64,000 bases of DNA, from contig JABVCE010000003.1 in assembly GCA_014905635.1 (NCBI GenBank), positions 1,426,001 through 1,490,000 on the forward strand, given 5' to 3'. Position 1 is the stretch's first letter. Each line of letters begins with the position of its first letter. The stretch is from Scenedesmus sp. PABB004. Its lineage: Eukaryota. Positions 60,384 to 64,000 of the stretch are shown here, piece after piece. The notes beneath the pieces were generated by a model. The model was not told the DNA's origin, searched no databases, and saw nothing but the letters and a program-made list of their open reading frames with translations. The translations under genes were made by a program, and so were the position numbers.

Positions 60384-62910
60384 TCAGCGGTTTGAGACCA
60401 TGCTCTCCGCCTCTGCCACGAAGCCGTCGCCCGTCCACGCGGTGTCGTTCGCGAGCCCGACCTTGGCCGCCTTGCGCTCCGCGACGGCCGCGCGCTGCCG
60501 CGCCACGAGGTCGCCGTGCGTCGTGAAGTAGGGCAGCGCGGCGCCGCGGAAGTCGTCGATGGAGTTGAAGCCGTGCTGCGACATGAAGGCCTGCAGACCG
60601 CCCGCGAGGTGCCGCACGAGCGGGTAGCCGTGCACCATCACGCCCGTGCACACCTGCGCGCGCGGCGCGGCGCGGCGCGGCGCGGCGCGGCGCGGCGCGT
60701 CAGCCCCGCGCGCACGCGGGCGCCGGCCCAGCACGCGCGCCGGCCCAGCACGAGCGCGCCGCGCCCGCGCCCGCGCGCGCGCCGAGGCACCTGCACCGTG
60801 TCGGCGCCGAGCAGCAGGAACTCTGCCGCGTCGCCGCCGGTCTCGACGCCGCCGATGCCGCTGAGCGAGGCGCCGGCGGCGCGGTGCCCGCCGTCGGCGA
60901 GCATGCGGCTGATGGACATGACCTTCTCCAGCGCGATCGGCTTGACCGCGCGGTACGAGTAGCCGCCTGTGTGTGTGGGTGGGTGGGTGGGTGGGTTGGG
61001 TGGGGGTGTGTGGGGCGCGCGGGCACGGGCGGGGGCAGAGGCGGCGGGTGCGCGGGGAGGCGCCGCCGCGGCCCCGGCGGCGCCGCACCGGGCGTGGAGT
61101 AGCCCTCGACGCTCGGCTCGGGGCGCAGCGTGGTGAGGTTGACGCCCATGACGCTGCGGATGGTGTTGATGGCCGCGACGCCCTCGCAGCCTGCCCGGCG
61201 CGGGTGGGCAGGCGGCGGCGCGCGGTCGGCGGCGCGCGTGCCGCGCGGCGCGCGGCGTGCACGGGGCGCCCCGCCCGGCGCCGCCGCGGCGCGCGCACCG
61301 TGATCGATCGCCGCTGCGGCGGGGGCCGTGATGTCTGTGATGTTGGGCGTCATCTTGGCCCACACCGGCACCGTCGCGGCGGCGTTGATCCAGTCGCACA
61401 CCTGCGCGGCGGCGGCAGCACCGCGGCGTCGCGCGCCGCGCCGCGTCGCCCCCGGCCGCCGCACGCCCGGCCCCCCGCGCCGCCGCAGCAGCCGCCGCGG
61501 CGCCGCGCCTCGGCCATCAGCTCGCAGTCCTGGCCCATCGCCATGCCCATGCGGCGCTCGGGCAGGCCGTGGGGGCAGGAGAAGTTGATTTCAAACGCGT
61601 CCACGCCCACCGCCTCGCAGCGGCCGATCAGCTCCTCCCACGCGCCCCTGCGCGGGGCGGCGCCGGCGCGGCGGACGGGCGGGCGCTCGCCCCCGTGCGA
61701 GGCGCCCGCGCGGCGCCGCGCTCTCCCTCCCGGCACGCACCCAGCAGCACGCTCAGCAGCACACACCCCGCGCGCACGCACGCCCCAGCGCGCACGCACG
61801 CCCCAGCGCGCACGCACGCCCCAGCGCGCACGCACGCCCCAGCGCGCACGCACGCCCCAGCACGCAGCAGCCCGCCCCCGCAGCAGCTCACCCACCCACA
61901 CAGCAGCACACACCCACACCCACACACACCCAGCCAGCCACCCACCTGCTGTACTCCTCCATGATGCTCGCGATCAGCACGCGCCCTGGGTACTCCGCCT
62001 TGAGCCGCGCCAGCTCCTCGAGCATCACCTCCAGCGGCCGGTCTGCGGCGCGGCGCGCGGCGCGCGGCGCGGCGCGGCGCGCGCGCGGTGATGGCGGGGC
62101 GGCGCGGGGCGTGGGCGTGGGCGCGCGGGCGCCGCCGCCGCCGCGGCGAGCGCGCTGTGCGCCGTGTGCGCGGGGGCTGCGCGCGCGGGGCGCTCGAGCG
62201 CTGGGGTGGCGGCGTGTGTGCGCGTGCGTGGCGTGGCGGGGCGGGCAGCCTCACCCGAGATGAGCTCGAAGTTCTCCCAGCCAAAGACCTCGCGGTTGGA
62301 GTCGAGCAGCTTGGCGTAGCGCGGCGTGACGTTGATGACCTGGCGTTCAAGCGCGGCCGCGCGTGGGCGCGCCGGCGGGCCAGCGCGGCGCGGCGGCGGC
62401 GCCGGCCCCCGCGCGGGCCGGCGCGGCGCGGCGCCGGCCCCGCGCACGCGCGCCTCGCCTTGGAGGAGTCGAGGGAGAGGGTCTTGCAGATGACGGCGCC
62501 CCAGCCCTCGTCAAAGGCCTTCTTCATGACCGCGTAGTTGGTCCCTGGCGGGCCCGACCCGATCACAAACGGGTTGGGCAGGCGCAGCCCGTTGACCGTG
62601 ACCGACAGGTCGGGGCCTGCACAGGTGGGAGCAGCGCGGCGCGGCGCGGCGCGGCGCGGTGGTCGGGGCCGCGCGCTGCCCGCGCCACACGTGTACTGCC
62701 GCCGCGCCGCCGCGCCGCCGCCGCCGCCGCCGCACCCTCCGTGACCGCGCCGTCGACGAGCGTGATGGCCTTGTCGGTGAGGCCCTTGGAGCGCTTGTCG
62801 CCGGCGGGCTCCGCGCGCGCCGCGACCGCGGCGCGGCGCGGCGCGGCGCGCTGCCGCTGCGGCGCCGTGGCCGCGCCGCCGATCCGCGGCGGCCCGCCCG
62901 CGAGCTGCAT
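60384..62910 (-). CDS. PYD1: Dihydropyrimidine dehydrogenase, plant-type (PreA-like), plastid-targeted
   Basis: 'DLSVTVNGLRLPNPFVIGSGPPGTNYAVMKKAFDEGWGAVICKT', 'GWENFELISDRP', 'EINFSCPHG', 'WAKMTPNITDI' and 'GADTVQVCTGVMVHGY'. Transit-peptide-like N-terminus. Confidence 0.95.
61771..61860 (+). repeat. Intronic minisatellite, 18-nt unit CGCGCACGCACGCCCCAG x5
   Basis: Five perfect tandem copies read directly within a PYD1 intron. Confidence 0.95.
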
Positions 62911-63570
62911 CTGCTCCGGGGCGTGGGCGGCGGCGGGAGCGTGGCGCTCGGCCGCTCACGGCGCAGCACAGGCGCGGCGATCGCGGGAGGGAGGGGCGCG
63001 GGCCATGCTGCCCCCGCTGCTGCCGCGCCGCGGCCCCGCCGCGCCGCCGCGCCGATCCCGGGCGGCTCTGCGGCGCGGTGCCCGCCCGGAGAGCGCCCCC
63101 ACCTGGGCGACTGGCGGAGTGACGCGCAGAGCGGGAGTGGGGCCGCGCGTCGGGCGCGCCACAGGCGGCGTGCGGGGGTGCGGTGGGCGTGGCGTGGGCC
63201 AGCGTCGAGCTCTGCACGGCCCCGGCGGCACGAGCGAGGCCCACCAGGGAGTTTCAGCGGCCCAGTGTTTTTGACGTGAGTGAGGGAGGTCTCTGCTGCT
63301 GCCGCCCGACGACTCACACGCTGCGGCAAGCACGAAGCAGTGGCTCAGCAGCAGCTGAGCGCAGCACAGAACAGCAGCAGCAGCAGCAGCAGTAGCAGCA
63401 GGAGCCAAGGCGCCCCTTTTCTCCGCCCCACACGCTCTCGGGGACGTCCCAGGTGCGGCGCGACCGGCTGACGGGGGCGGGAGGCGCCTGAGTTGGCATG
63501 CCGGCGGCGGCACCGCCGGATCCATCGCTGCCGCCGCCCCCGCCGCGCAGCGGGCGCGCGGCCGCCCGCC

Positions 63571-64000
63571 ATGCTCCTGCGTGCGGCGGCCCGGCAGGCG
63601 GGCGTGCTGGCGCCCCTGCTGGATGGCGCCGCGCTGCCGGCGGCGCTGCGGGGCCTGCAGCAGCAGCAGCAGCGGCCGTTTGCGAGCAGCTGCTGCGCGC
63701 CGCCGCCGCCGGCGCCGCGCGGCTGGCGGCCGGAGCAGCAGCCCCACCTAGTGCTGCTGCAGGCGCAGCCGCACATGCAGCAGCACCACCACCAGCAGCA
63801 GCACCAGCAGCAGCAGCGCGGCTTCGCGGCCAAGGGCGGCGGCGGCGGCGGCGGCAAGGGCAAGGGCGCGGCGGCGCCCGCGCCCGCGCCGCCGGCGGCG
63901 CCAGCGGAGGCCGACCCTTACGCGCCGCCAGAGTTCCGCGTGCGCCGCGTGCCGCGCGTGGCGCGCGGCGACGTGCTGGGCCGCCTCACGCCGGCGCAGG
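63571..64000 (+). CDS. 5' part of a gene truncated by the window edge; probable mitochondrial presequence
   Basis: Open frame 'MLLRAAARQAGVLAPLL...QQQQRGFAAKGGGG...DPYAPPEFRVRRVPRVARGDVLGRLTPAQ' runs to the end of the window. Confidence 0.6.
   Translation, partial: MLLRAAARQAGVLAPLLDGAALPAALRGLQQQQQRPFASSCCAPPPPAPRGWRPEQQPHLVLLQAQPHMQQHHHQQQHQQQQRGFAAKGGGGGGGKGKGAAAPAPAPPAAPAEADPYAPPEFRVRRVPRVARGDVLGRLTPAQ

Noticed and set aside
61771..61860. CRISPR-like array
   Set aside because: Head-to-tail repeats with no spacers, inside a eukaryotic intron, and no cas genes.
466..62910. Introner-like mobile introns
   Set aside because: Introns share only low-complexity GC composition and splice signals. 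I saw no near-identical intron family or terminal repeats, though an all-versus-all intron alignment would be decisive.

Overview
Eukaryotic nuclear DNA, extremely GC-rich (visually about 75-80%) and gene-dense, with about 21 intron-containing genes in 64 kb and introns mostly 85-150 nt. Gene content, TGTAA poly(A) signals and GTGCG/GTGAG donors point to a chlorophyte green alga, probably Sphaeropleales-like (inference). Most long ORFs in the six-frame track are GC artefacts, so real genes were rebuilt by hand across introns. In order: TFIIH p52/Tfb2, a DDT/WHIM chromatin protein, Mini-RNase III, a Bet1-like SNARE, SBP56/methanethiol oxidase, an Ala-rich unknown, a ChAPs (exomer adaptor-like) protein, gamma-tubulin complex GCP5-like, an EF-hand protein, a START-like protein, a secreted Pro/Ala-rich protein, a nucleotide-sugar transporter, cytosolic HSP90, CTF18, a small unknown ORF, an alpha/beta hydrolase, a SHIPPO/PGP-repeat protein, a divergent PP2A catalytic subunit, a QWRF/AUG8-like protein, PYD1, and a truncated gene at the right edge. 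No rRNA, tRNA, CRISPR array or transposon was recognised. I see no clear new multi-gene system. The most notable signals are a high rate of GC-AG introns, palindromic TGCAA motifs between convergent genes, the ChAPs homologue, the divergent AUG8-like protein with SxLP motifs, and a compositionally foreign patch inside SBP56. All family assignments come from motif recognition, not database searches.
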